DNA of 64,000 bases from Cyanophora paradoxa CCMP329 (taxonomy: Eukaryota > Plantae > Glaucophyta), in the NCBI GenBank assembly GCA_004431415.1, contig QPMI01000408.1, positions 186,001 to 250,000 of the forward strand. Reading direction: 5' to 3'. Made by a program: the position numbers and the translations under genes. The notes beneath the pieces are model-generated. The model was not told where the DNA came from, ran no database searches, and saw nothing but the letters and a program-made list of their open reading frames with translations. Below, one piece after another: positions 31,201-43,990 of this stretch (the first letter of the stretch is position 1; every line of letters starts with the position of its first letter).

Positions 31201-31424
31201 GCTCGCCGGCTAGCTTTCAAGCATAGCGAGTGCCCAACTGTCAAACTTTCGAAAGCCCGAGCTCGCGCTGGAGGGCTAAAGTCTCTAGCACCTCACCGCT
31301 GGGAGGATGGGAATCTGCTGTGCCTTGCCGGGGAGCTCTGCTGCTCAGCTGCAGTTGAGCAGCAGCTCAGCTAGTCTTGGGGGTACGAGCTGCCCTGCAT
31401 CTTTTTTTACTAAACAGAGCCAGC

Positions 31425-34275
31425 ATGGCTCGTTCTTCTCTTGCGGTCCTCGCGACCGTCCTGCTGATTGCTTCCGTTGCCAATGGAGGTAAGACGACGC
31501 CCAGCCTGGGCTCCAGCCGGCGCGCACGTGGAAAGCGATATCGCCCGATGATGCCATTAGCCGCCCGTCAAGTCCGCCCATGGCCATCTAGTCTTGCCAA
31601 GTTGCTCCTTTAGGTGGTCTAGTCCAACCCGCGCAGCGGCCGAGCCTGGACGGCTCGTCCGCCTCTTGAATATTCATAATGATCCGCTGCCCATCTAGTC
31701 CGCCCGTTGCTAGAAAGAAGGACTTGCCCGCTTTCTAGTCGCCCGCTTCGGCAGGGACCCACCGCCAGCTGCGCATGCCGGCTCGCTTGATCACGAGCTC
31801 GAGGACGCCCGCGGCCGGCTCTTGAATTTTCATCGACCGCGGTCGGCCGAGTCATCGGATGGCTCTAGAACGTTTATATATGCTTGCGAGTTGTTGCCCA
31901 GGCTGTCCTCTTCGAGAAGCTTGCGAGTGCACCGTTAACGTTGCGCCCCCTATAGCTAGCGATTGAAATTGAACCTGGGGCCCAGGCTGGGGGTGATGCC
32001 AGCGCTTAACCTCTTGATGCTGATCCTTCGCCCACAGCCCAGATGTTCGCCCTCCTGAACTCTGCGACCAACTTCCACGGCATCGCCATCTTCTCCCCGG
32101 GCACCTCCGTCACCGGCCTGGTCGTCGGCAACGCGCCCATCAACACGAATGCGTCCATGAGCGTGCGCTCTGCGCTCGGAGCGCGCTCTCGCCCACGTTC
32201 CAGCTGCCTTGACGCGAGCGCAGTGGACCAACGCCAACGCGCCTGCGGCAGCGGCCTTCTTCCCGGCCACCGCCACTGGCGCTCAGGGCTACGCCGCGGC
32301 GTTCACCCTGCCCGCGGCCGCCACCGCCGCCGCCGGCGCGAAGATCTCCGTCACCTTCAAGAACGCCGCCGGCGCCAGCGTGGCCACCACCGGCACCATC
32401 GTCGATGCGGCCCAGTTCGGCTCGGACTCGAAGCTGTACTACGCTCTTGCCAACTGCGCCGAGGCGAAGACCATCGACACCGCCGCGGCCGGCCTCGCAA
32501 TCTTCCACGTCAACTCGACCACTAATACCGGTCCGCCCCGCCGCCCCGAGACCGGTGCGCCCAGCTGCAGTGGCGCTGACGGGCGTGTGCAGTGCTCGGC
32601 TATGCGCACGTGACCTCGTCGGGCAACGCCTACCGCTCGAGCCACATTCACACCGGTGCCCGTAACGCGAACGGCGGCCCCATCGTGACCCTTGCCGCCC
32701 CGAGCACCGCCGTCTTGGCCAGCTACGTCTCGATGACCTCGGGCAACCTGTGAGCGAAGCGCGCGCGCAGGGCCGGCCCCGCGGCCCTCGTGATTGACGG
32801 CCCCGCAGCATCAACGCCACCAAGACCTCCGACGGCGCCGAGTACAACGCATACTACAACTACCACACCGACCCGCTGTACCCCGGCGGCGAGCTCCGCG
32901 GCCAGCTCCTCATCTCCGACCCGACCACCGGCTACACCGGCGCCCTCGAGACGCTGACCCCGGAGTGCGCGAAGACCGCCTCCTCCCTGGCCCAGACCCG
33001 CGTGCGTCCGCCCTCGGCCCGCCCCGCCCTCGAGGCGCCCCCTCTGACTTCGGGGACTGCAGCTCGCGGTGAACCTCGAGACCGACTTGGCCAACTGCAA
33101 CAGCAAGGCCGAGTCCATCCGCGTGCGCCCCCCCCCCCCCCCCCCCCCCCTCCCCCCTCTCTTTCCGTCCTCTTCCCCCCTGCCCCTCACGCCGCCGGCA
33201 GACTTTCGCGGCCGGCAAGTCGGGCGTGACCGTGACCATCCCCAACACCCCCGCGTGCAAGGGCGCCTCGGCCACCAAGCGCAACCGCCAGCTCAAGGCA
33301 GCCACCTCGTCGCTCGAGCTCCTCTTCACCTCGTCGGGCACCGCCTCGTCGATCCAGGGCGCCCAGAAGTTCGCGACCGACGCCCTCAGCACCGGCACGG
33401 TCGCCGGCGTCAACCTGGCCACCATCGTCGCTCTGGTCGTCCCCGGCGGCCGCACCTTCACCGTCACGACCACCGACGGCAAGAGCATCACCTTCGCCAG
33501 TGCGTGCCGCAGTGCGCGCGGAGCCCCTTCCGCAGCGAGCCGACCAGGCGCCCCGCGACCGCAGACGGCACTGTCGCGGCCCAGCCCGGCGTCGGAGCCG
33601 GCACGACCGCCACCGGTCTGACCGTCCGCGTGAACGCGGCCACCGCCGCGGCTGCCCGCACCTCGGCCCTCGGCTACGCCAAGCAGGCCGTCTGCAAGAG
33701 CTTCGCCGAGCAGATCGCCAACACGACCACCAACGCGACCTCCATCGTGCGCCCTTCCCCGCCGCCCGCGCCGCCGCGCGCCGCGCGCCTCTGACCGCGC
33801 CCGCAGTGCGAGGCCAAGATCGAGGCCGATACCGGCAAGACTGGCTCGACCCTGTTCGCCGGCACCGCCAGCCGCCGCAGCATGCTCCAGGTCCGCGCAC
33901 GCCACAGCCCGCGCTGGCATCCACGCGCTGACGAGGCTTCGTCAGACCTCCAACTTCGGCGTGCCCTTCACGGCCGCCGGCGTGTCCGGCGCCTCCGCCG
34001 ACTCGATCCTCCAGGCCGTCATCGCGTACGCCACCTCGTCCGAGGGCCTCACCGCCGCCAGGGCCGCCGGCATCACCTCCTTCACCTACGGCGGCCAGAC
34101 CGTCACCGTCCAGTCCGTCGGCCCCAGCTTCCCCGCCGGCACCCCCAGCAGCACTACCGGCACCGGCGGCAGCTCTTACATGCCCGTCCCCGCTATCAAC
34201 GCCGCGGCCGGCCTCGCCGCCAGCCCCGTCGTCCTCCTCGCCGCCCTCGTCGCGGCCCTCTTCCTCCTCGTCTAA
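31425..34275 (+). CDS. Secreted, probably GPI-anchored Ala/Thr/Ser-rich cell-surface protein
   Basis: Signal peptide MARSSLAVLATVLLIASVANG, long first intron, multiple exons and hydrophobic C-terminus AAAGLAASPVVLLAALVAALFLLV. Confidence 0.7.
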
Positions 34276-34429
34276 GCGACGGAAGCGCCCCTACGTATAC
34301 ACTAATCTATTTTATTTCGCTCGTTTCGTTTTAATTGGCAGTTACATTGAAATTTAATAAAGTTCTGCTATGAATTGGCGTGAAGCGGACCCACATCGGC
34401 CTCCCTATTTCCCCAACGCCTGGTGGGCT

Positions 34430-34990
34430 CGCGACCGCCAACGACCACCGACCAACGACCACCAACGCGACCACCAACGCGACCGCCACCGTGCGCCCTT
34501 CCCGCGGCCCGGCCCTCGCCGCACGCCCCAATCTGAGCGGCCCGGCGCGTGTGCGCAGTGCCTTTCTAAGCTCGACTCGGGCTCGACCCTCGTCGCCGGG
34601 ACGGCCACCGTCCGCCGCAGCCTGCTCCAGGTCCGCGCACGCCGCACTTTCGCGCTGCACTCCGCTCGCTAACGAGCGTCCGTCAGACCGCCACCTACAA
34701 AGTGCCCTTCACCGCGACTGGTGTGTCCGGCGCCCCCGCGGACTCGATCCTCCAGGCCGTCATCGCGTACGCCAGCTCGTCCGAGGGCCTCGCCGCCGCC
34801 AGGGCCGCCGGCATCACCTCCTTCACCTACGGCAGCCAGACCGTCACCGTCCAGTCCGTCGGCGGCGGCGGCGGCAACATTAACATCCCGGGCGCCGCGG
34901 CCGGCCTCGCCGCCAGCCCCGTCGCCCTCCTCGCCGCCCTCGTCGCGGCCCTCTTCCTCCTCTTCTAAGCAACGGAAGCGCCCCTACACT
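34430..34990 (+). repeat. Tandem partial duplication of the last exons and 3' UTR of the surface-protein gene
   Basis: VPFTATGVSGAPADSILQAVIAYASSSEGL..LFLLF versus VPFTAAGVSGASADSILQAVIAYATSSEGL..LFLLV. Confidence 0.85.
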
Positions 34991-35613
34991 AATTTATTTC
35001 GCTCTTTTCGACTTATTGGCAGTTATTTAAATAAAGTACTGCTATCTCTAACGCTGCCGAGATCCGCCGCCCGCGTGCTCCGCCGAGATCGTACAGCATG
35101 GGAGGCATGACGTCGACTACCGAGCGCGAGACGTCGACTAGTTGCACTGCGGCAAAAATGTTGTGCATATGCATGCGCTAGCGAACGTTAACTCGAACCC
35201 GAAGGCCTCGCGTAACCTTCAAAAGGCAATCATAACTCGCGATCGGTCTTTATAATTAACTTCGTAAACTTGAAAAGGCTTCGATGCGCCGCGCATATGC
35301 ATCATGCATATGGCATGCCATGATGAATGTACATATGCATGCATATATATGCGAGCTCAAACTCCTCGGGGATCTCGCGTCCGGCGCGGCCGGCCTCTCG
35401 CAAGCGGTAATCACCGAGTCGAACGAGCTACCTTTGCTTCGAGCGCTAGCGGCAGGCTGTTGGCTGGAAGGCGCGTTCGAGACGGGCGCGGGGGTACGGG
35501 CACTTCGAGCAAGGTCCGCGCTGTCCGAGCCTTTCTCGAGGGGGAAACTAAGGAGGGTGGGCGTTCGCACGTTCACTAGAATTAGCTGAAAACCTCCTCG
35601 CTCGACAGGCACG

Positions 35614-35966
35614 ATGGCGTCCAAGAATGCTGGACCCGACCTCAGGAAGTACATGGACAAGAAGCTCGCTAGTGCGTCCGAGATCGCATCGGTCTTGTCG
35701 TCCGCCCTGACGCTTTTCGAACTCCCGCGGCAGTCCGCATCAATGGCAACCGGAAAGTGACTGGCTTCCTTCGCGGCTTCGATCAGTTCATGAACATCGT
35801 GCTCGACAACACGCAGGAGGAGATCTCGGCGAACGAGCGCAACAACATTGGCATGGTGGTTCGTCCTCCGCGCATCGCGACCGCGCCCATCTCGTCTTAG
35901 CCCTCGCCCCCCCAGGTCATCCGCGGCAACAGCATCATCATGATGGACTGCTTAGAAAAGATATAG
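35614..35966 (+). CDS. SNRPG: Small nuclear ribonucleoprotein SmG (3 exons)
   Basis: MASKNAGPDLRKYMDKKLAIRINGNRKVTGFLRGFDQFMNIVLDNT..NIGMVVIRGNSIIMMDCLEKI. Confidence 0.95.
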
Positions 35967-36480
35967 AAAAGGATGCGGCGGCGGTCCAGCCCCAGCCTCA
36001 GCGATTCCAGGCTGCAGCTATCGTTTCAGCTAGCCAGCTCCAGCCGCAGGCCTTGCTGTTGCCTTCCTGTCCCTCCCAGCTCTCTGGATCACCTAGCCGC
36101 TCGATCTCCTTCCGATCGCATTTGCCGCCGGCCCTTCTTCCCTCGCTCCCCATCGTTTCCTGTCCCTCTCAGCCTTGTGAATCTGGAAAGACGCGTGTTC
36201 ACGTTCTCGACCGCATTGGCCATGCTTCCTGGGAACTCGCCAGATCGCTCGCGCTGCGCTAAATGGTGCCTCGTACCTCGCCGCACACTCCCCCTCGCCT
36301 CGCCCAATTGCGGCGGCTCTAGATCTAGTGTCCCACCAGGGCACCGCACACTGGCATCAAAAGCGTAAGCATCGAGGTTGGTGGTGAATATAGAGACATG
36401 TACAGACACTTGCAGCGCAAGTGGGGAAGAGCATCGTGCCAAGGAACACGGAAGAAGATGCAGGGCGGGCGCCCGGCCTC

Positions 36481-37595
36481 TTAGAACGAGAAGAAGGAGA
36501 GGGAGTGTTGGAAGTGCATAGGCGGGACCGGGGCGGGCGCGCCGAACAGGCAGCGCGGCGGGGGCGACGGGGCGGAGAACGCGGGGGAGGAGCTGCGGGA
36601 CGAGCCGGCGGTGGGGGAGTCCGGGACGCCGCCGGACGAGAAGGAGGCCGTCGAGGGGAAGCTCGCCATCGCGCCCCGCCCGATGGAGGTGCTGGGCGAC
36701 GATGGGAGGGAGCTCACGCTCGGCGAGTCCCAGATCGCCGGCAGCATGAACGCCGGGCACGGGGACGCGATGAAGGGCGACGCCGGGGCCGATGGCGGGC
36801 TCTCAAAGAGCCGGTCCGAGCGGCCCGGGGCCCGGGACCAGGGCCGCTGCGGCGTCGACACGGGACCGCAGGCGGACTCCAGGCACCGATCGCCGAGCCA
36901 CAGATCGCCGAACTGCACGAAACCGTCAGCCTCCAAAAACCAGCAAAAGGAAGGAAAGGAGAGGAGAGCGCACCTTGATCGGGCCGCACTCCGGGACGAT
37001 CGGCACGAACGCGTCGCCGAACTGCAGCTGCTGGCAGACGACCGCGGGCTCAGCCTCCGGGGGCGCCAGCGAGACTGCTACTTCCTCGAACGCCACGGCC
37101 GCCTCGGGCTCCGCCGCATCGGACGCCTCCATCTCAGCCGCCACCGCTACCTCCTCCGACACCACCGCAGGCTGCTGCTGGTGCGTCGACGTAGAAGCCG
37201 GGACGGCCACCGGGCTCGACTTCAGCGCGGGCCAAGCCTCCCGCGGCTTCGTCGGAGCGGGCGGCTGAGCCGGAGGCGCGGACTGCAGCGCCTGCGACAA
37301 GCTCGGACGTGCGGGCTGCTGAGACACGGGCGAACGCTGCTGCTGACGCTCGTTCTCCTCCCGGGCCGCGCGTACGATCGAGGTCCAGGAGGGCGCGGGC
37401 GACGAGGAGGGCGCGGGACGCGCTGGCTCCTCCTTGACCTGCGTCCGACGCGTACATACATGAGCGATCGAAAAGCTGTCTGCAAGCGGGAATGCGAACC
37501 TTCGCTGGCGGCTGCTCGATCTTCGCGCCACCGACGAACGCGGCAAGGCTCAACTTCGCATTCTTCTGCTTGCTCTTGCTCTTCTTTGACGACAT
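36481..37595 (-). CDS. Hypothetical low-complexity protein (about 3 exons)
   Basis: MSSKKSKSKQKNAKLSLAAF exon followed by GT-AG introns linking ORFs 36926-37546 and 36481-36936. Confidence 0.5.
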
Positions 37596-38353
37596 CAACT
37601 CCTCCTGCTCCGTTTCACGCTCACGCCTGATCCAGACACCCTCCTGCGTAGAACGCATTGAGCGGATCGAAAGCAGGAGTGTTCGCGCCACGGACCTCGG
37701 GGGCCTGGACAGCCGCTACGTGCTCGTCCTCGGCGACAGCGACATGATCCCGAGCTCGATCCTCCTTCCGTCGCTCAGGCGCCGCCCTGACATCCTCAAC
37801 CTGAGTCCGCAGCTCGGCCTTCTTCGCCTCACGCTCCAAGAACTTGGACTCCTGAACGCAGAAAGGATAAGAACATGAACGTAAGAGAAGATTGATCTCT
37901 ATCAAGCCTTGCTCAGCTGCGTGTGCTTGCGCTCGTGAGCCTGACCCTCTTAAGCGAACGCGGCGGCTACGCGGGAGGAGCACCTTGGCTATCGCCCTAC
38001 GCAGCTGAGGATCTGTACAAACACGTTCAAGCGTCAGGACGATCCCCGCGAAGCATGAGAGCGGTCATGGTTTGAAAGTACCATAGCGCTTCCCAGCCGC
38101 CGGAGCGATAAACCGAGAGAGCTTGCCCGGGAGATGATCGGCAACGGCCTCGAGGGACATTTCTGGGCTGACTGGTCTCCTTGGTCTCTGTGGTCTCGCG
38201 CCAAAAAGAGCAAGCTCCGTGTGGGGGTACAGAGCGGAACGCAGCGAGCGATCAAAAGAGGCCAGCGCCGCGCAGGAGAAGCGGAGCTAGACGCAGGAGG
38301 TTCAAGAGAGAGCGCAAGAGCCGCCTGGCGTCGGCGGAGAGGCGGCGCCAGGA

Positions 38354-40109
38354 ATGGAGCGCGACTGCCCGAGCCCGGGCACGCTTCCGCCGGACGAGGT
38401 GGCCGTTCCGAAGCTGCTATGGGGCTTCATCGAGGAGAAGCTTTATCCAGCCGAGCGGGAGGAGATCCGCCGCCTGCTCGGCGAGGACAGGCTGGACAGG
38501 AACGAGGTGTGCCAGACAGCACTGCCGCGCCACGCCTCCACGTCCTCTGCCGCCTGCTCCTTGCGCCCTGACCGGCCGGGCGCCGCAGACGACGGCGAAG
38601 GAGGTGGAGGCCCTGGCGGAGATCTACCGCGAATACAGCGTGTTGCAGGAGGAGGCGCAGAGGAAGCGCAACGAGGCGGCGAGGCTCTTCAGGCGGCCGC
38701 ACCAACAGCGCATCCGCGAGGCCCTTCTGATGGAAATCAAGGTCTTCGTGGACGAGCTAAGGAAGGTCAGAGGGCCCAGCGCGTGCCGTCAGCCCCTGCT
38801 CACGTGGTCTCTCGGCGCAGACCAAAGGGGACGCCGCAGCGGCGGACGCGCGCGCCGTGCTTCCCTCCGCGACGCCCGCCGACCGCGCAGTCTGTGCGTC
38901 GCGCCCCGCCGCTCCCGGCCAGCTGCCGGCCGGCTCACGCGCGACCGCCGCGCAGACGAGTACGTGATGCGCGCCAGCTCGGCCTCGGGGCGGCCGCGGA
39001 GCGCGCAGCGGCCCTCGAGCTCCTGGTCCTCCCGCCCGGGCAGCAGTCGCTCCAGCTCCCGCCCCGCGTGCGCCGCCCCACCCGCCCCGCCGGCCCGGTC
39101 GCGCGCCGCCGCCCCGCTGAAGGCGCGCAGCTCGTCGGCGTCGGCGTGCTCGGCGCAGGAGTCGCTGCTGGAGGACGTACACGAGAAGCTGAACGTCTTC
39201 GCCATCGAGCAGGTCCTCGGCCGCCTCCGCGCCGCGCTGGATGAGGAGCACGCCGAGCTCGTCGGTATGTCCGAGTGGCTGACGCTCTGCCTCGAGGAGA
39301 TGCACGAGGCGTCGGCGCCCAGCCCGCCCGCGACGGGGCCGGCCGCCCCGCCGCCCCTCGAGGACATGCGCGCGCTCGGGCAGAAGCTCGCCGAGCAGCT
39401 CGAGCTGCAGGCCCGCCTGGACCGCCTGCCCCCTGCCGGGCCCGCCGCCCCGCGCGCAGCCGCCGCCGCCGCCGCCTCCGCCCCCGACCCCGCCGAGGAG
39501 GCCCTGCTGGAGGAGGTGGGCCTTCGGCTCCCAGCGCCCCGGCCCCGCCCGCAGCCCCCGCCGCTCCCGCCGGCGGCCGCGCTCGCAGCCGACGCCGCCT
39601 TTCTGCCCCACGAGGGCCCCGGGAGTCCCTCCCCCGGGCCTCCCCCTCCCCGAGGTCCTCCACACCCCCCCTCGCCCCGCTCCCCGCAGGCGCCCCCCGT
39701 CCGCCCCCGGCCCGCCGCCCCCGGCCCATGGCGCCGACGCTGGCCGCCGAGCGGGCGCATCCGGTACCCCACCCGCACCCGCACCTCCTCCCCACCGTCC
39801 GGCACTCCCCGCCCGCCGAGGACGAGGAGCGGGCGTGCCACCCCGCGCCGGCGCCGGCGCCGGCCCCTGCCCTCCCGCCCCGCACCCGCTCCCCGCTCCC
39901 GCCCCCGCCCGCCGCCCTCTCTGCGCGGCTCCTTCCCCGCCGCTCCTCTCGAAGCCCCTGCCGCCCGTGCCGCCCCACCCCGGAAGCCTCGGCCTCCACC
40001 CCGCCCTCCCCGCCACGGGCCCCGTCAAGCCGCCCCCGGCGCCCCTCCGGCCCCTCCGCAGTGCCTCGGGCTCCCGGCTCCCGCCCGGCCCCCAGTTCAG
40101 CTAGCCTAG
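38354..40109 (+). CDS. CCDC24-like coiled-coil protein with Pro-rich tail (3' end uncertain)
   Basis: LLWGFIEEKLYPAEREEIRRLLGE and KLNVFAIEQVLGRLRAALDEEHAEL..CLEE resemble CCDC24 conserved blocks. Confidence 0.6.
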
Positions 40110-40227
40110 TGAGCCTCGGAGTAGGTAGCCGGCGCTCCCTTTTGAACTCTCGAATCTCACTATTCGAATCTCAGTAGTACGCGCTGCTCGCGCTCGGCCC
40201 GGCCCGCGCTCGCAACGCCGCCCTATA

Positions 40228-42687
40228 GCTACTTGGGCTTGGTATTGGCCTTGGCCGCGCCGCTGCCACCGGCGCCCTTGGACGCGCCGCCGCCGCCGGC
40301 GCCCTTGCCCGCGCCGGCGCCGGCCTTGGCCGCCGCGTCGCAGGCCTTGACGCGCTCCAGGGCCTCCCCCGCCGACCCGTCCGGGTCCAGGTCCAGCGCC
40401 TGCGGATCGAATTAGATCCCGAGCTCGAGCCGGCAGGCGGCGGGACCCGAGGCGAGGCGGGGCGCGCCTTCAGGAACGAGGCCTTGGCGTCGGCGGGCCT
40501 GCCGGCGGCGAGGAGGACGTCCCCGAGCGTCAAATGCAGGGCCGGCACGTCCGGCGCCAGCGCCACGGCCGCCCGGATCTCCCTCTCCGCGTCCCCGTGG
40601 CGGCCCTGCGCCAGGCAGAGGAGCGCCAGCGAGTTGTGCACGCGCTCGCGACCCTCCTCGAGGCGCCCCGCGAGCCCGCGCCACGCCGCCTCCGCCTCCG
40701 CGTCCTCGTCCCGCTGCCGGTGCGCCTCCCCCAGCATGAACAGCGTCTCCGCCAGCGCCGCCCGCGCCCCCGCCACCTCCGCCTCCGCCGCCGCCTCCTC
40801 GCTCGCCTCCTCCTCGTCCTCCTCTCCTTCCGCCTCCTTGCCCTTGCCCTTGCCCTTGCCCTTGCCCTTCTGCTTCGCGTCCTTCTTGGCCTTTGCGCGC
40901 TTCCTCTTGGCCGCCTCCAGCGCCTTCTCGGCCGCATCGAGCGCCGCCGCCGCGCGCTCCGAGGCCGCCTTCAGCCGCGCCGCCGCCTCCGCCAGGTCCC
41001 CGGCGATGAGGCTCGCCTCCCCGAGGCCCCGCAGCGCCTCCAGCGGCACCTGCGCGCGCACGCGCGCGCGAACGAAGGCGTCGGTACCCCTTAGGGAGCG
41101 AACGGTACCCCCTCCCCGCGGACCTCCTCGCCGGCCTCCTCGCAGAGGCGTACGCCCCTCCTGAGCTCCTCGGCGGCGCGCTTGAGGGCGGGGGAGGGCC
41201 CGTCCCCCGCCGAGCCGCCCGGCGCCGCCTCCTGCAGCATCAGGTCCCCGTGAAGCAGCGCCGCCTGCGCGCTCTCCGGCGCGACCTGCCGCGGGGCTGA
41301 GATGAGGACAGCGGGGCGGGACGGAGCGGGTTGGACGGGGCGCGCCTCGGCGGCGCGCTTGGCGCAGGCGAGGGCGGAGCGGGCGTCGTCGGCCTCCCCG
41401 TGCATCTCCGCCAGCGTCAGCAGGTGCAGCACAAGCACCTGCGCTCGGTCAGCCGCAAAGGAGCGGGGGGCAGGGCGGCCGGCGCGCCTCTCTCCTCCGC
41501 TCCGCCGTGTCGTCCTCCTCGTCCTCGTCGTCCTCGTCCTCCTCCCCTCCCTTCTCCTTGCCCTCGGCGGCCTTGCAGGCCGCCTCCAATAGCCTCACGC
41601 ACTCCTTCTCGTAGCGGATCGCCTGCGGCAGGTCCCCCGCCGCCGCCATCACCTGCGCGAGCGTACCGTACCCCCCGCGTCGGCCCCGGCGGAGGGTGCA
41701 CGCGTACCCCCGCAGGCGGGGGCTGCAGGTTCGCACCTCGGCCAGCTTCGAGTAGGCGTCCGGCGAGTCCGGGTCCAGCTCGATGCAGCGGTTCAGGCAG
41801 AGCACCGCCTGAAGCGCGGCGCGGCGCGTTCGGACGGGGCGGGCGGGCGGGCGGCGGGGTCCGGGGCGGCGTGCCTTCTCGACGGTGCCCTCCTCCAGAT
41901 ACACCTCCGCGAGCAGCGCGCACCCCTCGACGGTCTCGAGGATCTTCAGGCTCCGCTTCAGAAGCGCCTGCGGAGTCGGGGGGCGGTGAGGCGGGCGGGG
42001 GTCGGCGTGCCCGCGGCGCGGCGGGGGGCGGGGTGGACCTTCGCCTCTCGCAGCTTGCGCTCCGCATCCTGCGCGCCGCTCGGATCGGCGATCGCCGGGG
42101 CGGGCGGGGCCGGGCGGGGGACCGGCCGCGCACCGCGTCCTCCGCCTCGTCGTCTTCCTCGTCGCCCTCGTCCTCCAACAGTTCCTCGGCCTTCAGCACG
42201 AGCTTGATCACCTCGCCGTACTTCTGTGCGATCACCTGCGCCCGCTCGGTGTGACGCGCGAGACGCGCCCGGCGGGCAGCGCGCCTAGCTACGGCCCGCA
42301 CCTCGGGCGACTCGGCCTCGGCCTCCTCCTCCTCGCTCTCGCTAGGCATGTTCGTATCGGGGACTGCATCGCTTGCAGGCACTGTCTCGAAGTCCTCGCC
42401 CTCCTGCGCGGCGGGTTGGGGCGCGATCACTCTGCCCGATGTTTGATCGGATGCGTACGGCGCGTTTGGCGGGCTTCCGCTTCGCATTTTCGTATGCGCG
42501 TTTCTTGGCCGCCTTGCCGCTGGAGAAGGTCGCAGCCTTCGGACGCTGCGGCTTCTGGATCGACTGCTTCTGGATCCCCGGCGGCTTCCCCTTCGCCTGC
42601 GACGGCCCCTGTGGGCGCTTCTTGTTCTGCGGCGTCCGTTAAGCCGGCGCAGGAGCGCTGCAGGGACCGGCTTGCCTTCGCTCCCAT
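40228..42687 (-). CDS. TPR-repeat protein with Lys-rich N-terminus and acidic tracts
   Basis: TPR-type helices CLNRCIELDPDSPDAYSKLAE and AAVALAPDVPALHLTLGDVLLAAGRPADAKASF; many short introns. Confidence 0.75.
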
Positions 42688-42801
42688 CGCCCTCGTCCAG
42701 ACGTGTACCCCCACGCCCGCGAACCCGCCGAACCAGCTCGAGCCCCCGCTTGCCCAGCTTCCAGCCGGTAGTCCAGGCAGGCTCCAGATAGCTGTCGCGC
42801 C

Positions 42802-43207
42802 ATGGCAGATAAGGGCGCGACAGCGCATTTGGAGGCCTGGGTCGACAAGACCTGCCAGGTAACCACGAACGACGGGCGGATCATCGTGGTACGCGCGCCT
42901 CGTGGATCGCACGCAGACGCGCCCTAAAGCTGGCGCAGGGAATCCTCAAGGGCTTCGATCAGCTCACGAATGTCATCCTGGACGAGAGCCACGAGCGGGT
43001 GTATTCGAACACTGCAGGCGTAGAGCAGGTCGTCCTCGGCCTCTATATCATCCGAGGCGACACGATGTGCGCCGCCGCCCCGGCGCGGCGCGCTCCCGCT
43101 CACAGCTCCGTCGCAGCGCGATCATCGGCCAGGTCGACGAGGAGACGGACTCGAAAGTCGATCTTTCGAAGATCAAAGCGGAACCGCTCAAGCCGCTAAC
43201 TCACTGA
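42802..43207 (+). CDS. LSM8: U6 snRNA-associated Sm-like protein LSm8 (3 exons)
   Basis: TNDGRIIVGILKGFDQLTNVILDESHERVYS..GVEQVVLGLYIIRGD..IGQVDEETD..IKAEPLKPLTH. Confidence 0.93.
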
Positions 43208-43848
43208 GAGGCGCCCAGTGGGCTGGATAACAGCGCGGGCAAGACGAGGCCGGCGGGCGCACGCGAAGGGCGGCGCATCGCTCTTCACGCGCCCCGCGAC
43301 CATTCTTTCATCAGCTTTCGTGTAATTAGGCAGTCAGAACAGTCTAGTCGTAGGATGCAGAGCTTACTTTGATATCTATGTTGAGTTTCACCACACTTTT
43401 GAATCCGGCTTCGTCGGTTCATCTGTTCTTCAGCCATGTATGAGCGGGGCGTGCTTTGTGCTCTTCTCAACTGCAGGGGGCAGATCCCGACCGCCCTGAC
43501 ACGGGGCGCCGGCCGGGCGGTGCGGCGGGCTGCGGCTGCGGCCTCGGGTCCCGGAACGGGCCGCGGACCTAGGCCTAGGACTAGCGATGGGGCCCCCGGC
43601 CGTCGCTAGGCGGCTGTTCCCGGCGCCTAGGGCTGGCGGCCGTCGCCGCCATGGCCACGGCCGCGGGATGTATGCACGCGCGTGAGGCCAAAGCCATCGA
43701 GCAGCTGCAGGCCCACCTCTAGAAGATGGCAGGGGGGCCTCCCCCACTCGCCCCGCCCGTGTCCCGCGAAGCGCAGGCAGTCCTCAATGTTGGGGGGACA
43801 AGCGAGAAGTGCGAAACGTGGCGCACACAGGTTCGGGGGCGCTACGCG

Positions 43849-43920
43849 GAGTACGCGCGCTCAGCAGCGCCCCCACCCGTTGATGCGGGTTGCGAGGGCG
43901 CGCCGTCAAAGCGATGCCTC
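43849..43920 (-). promoter_or_regulatory. Candidate type II SECIS element in the selenoprotein M 3' UTR
   Basis: Minus strand UUGAC-GGCGCGCCCUCGC-AAC-CCG-CAUCAA-CGG-GUGGGGGCGCUGC-UGAG gives a UGAN/NGAN quartet, ~13-bp helix, unpaired AA and ministem. Confidence 0.7.
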
Positions 43921-43990
43921 CCGAAGCCATGCGCGACACGCGTCCATTCCTCAGCTCGTTAATGCGGGACTGCCCGAGAGCCACGCGAGC

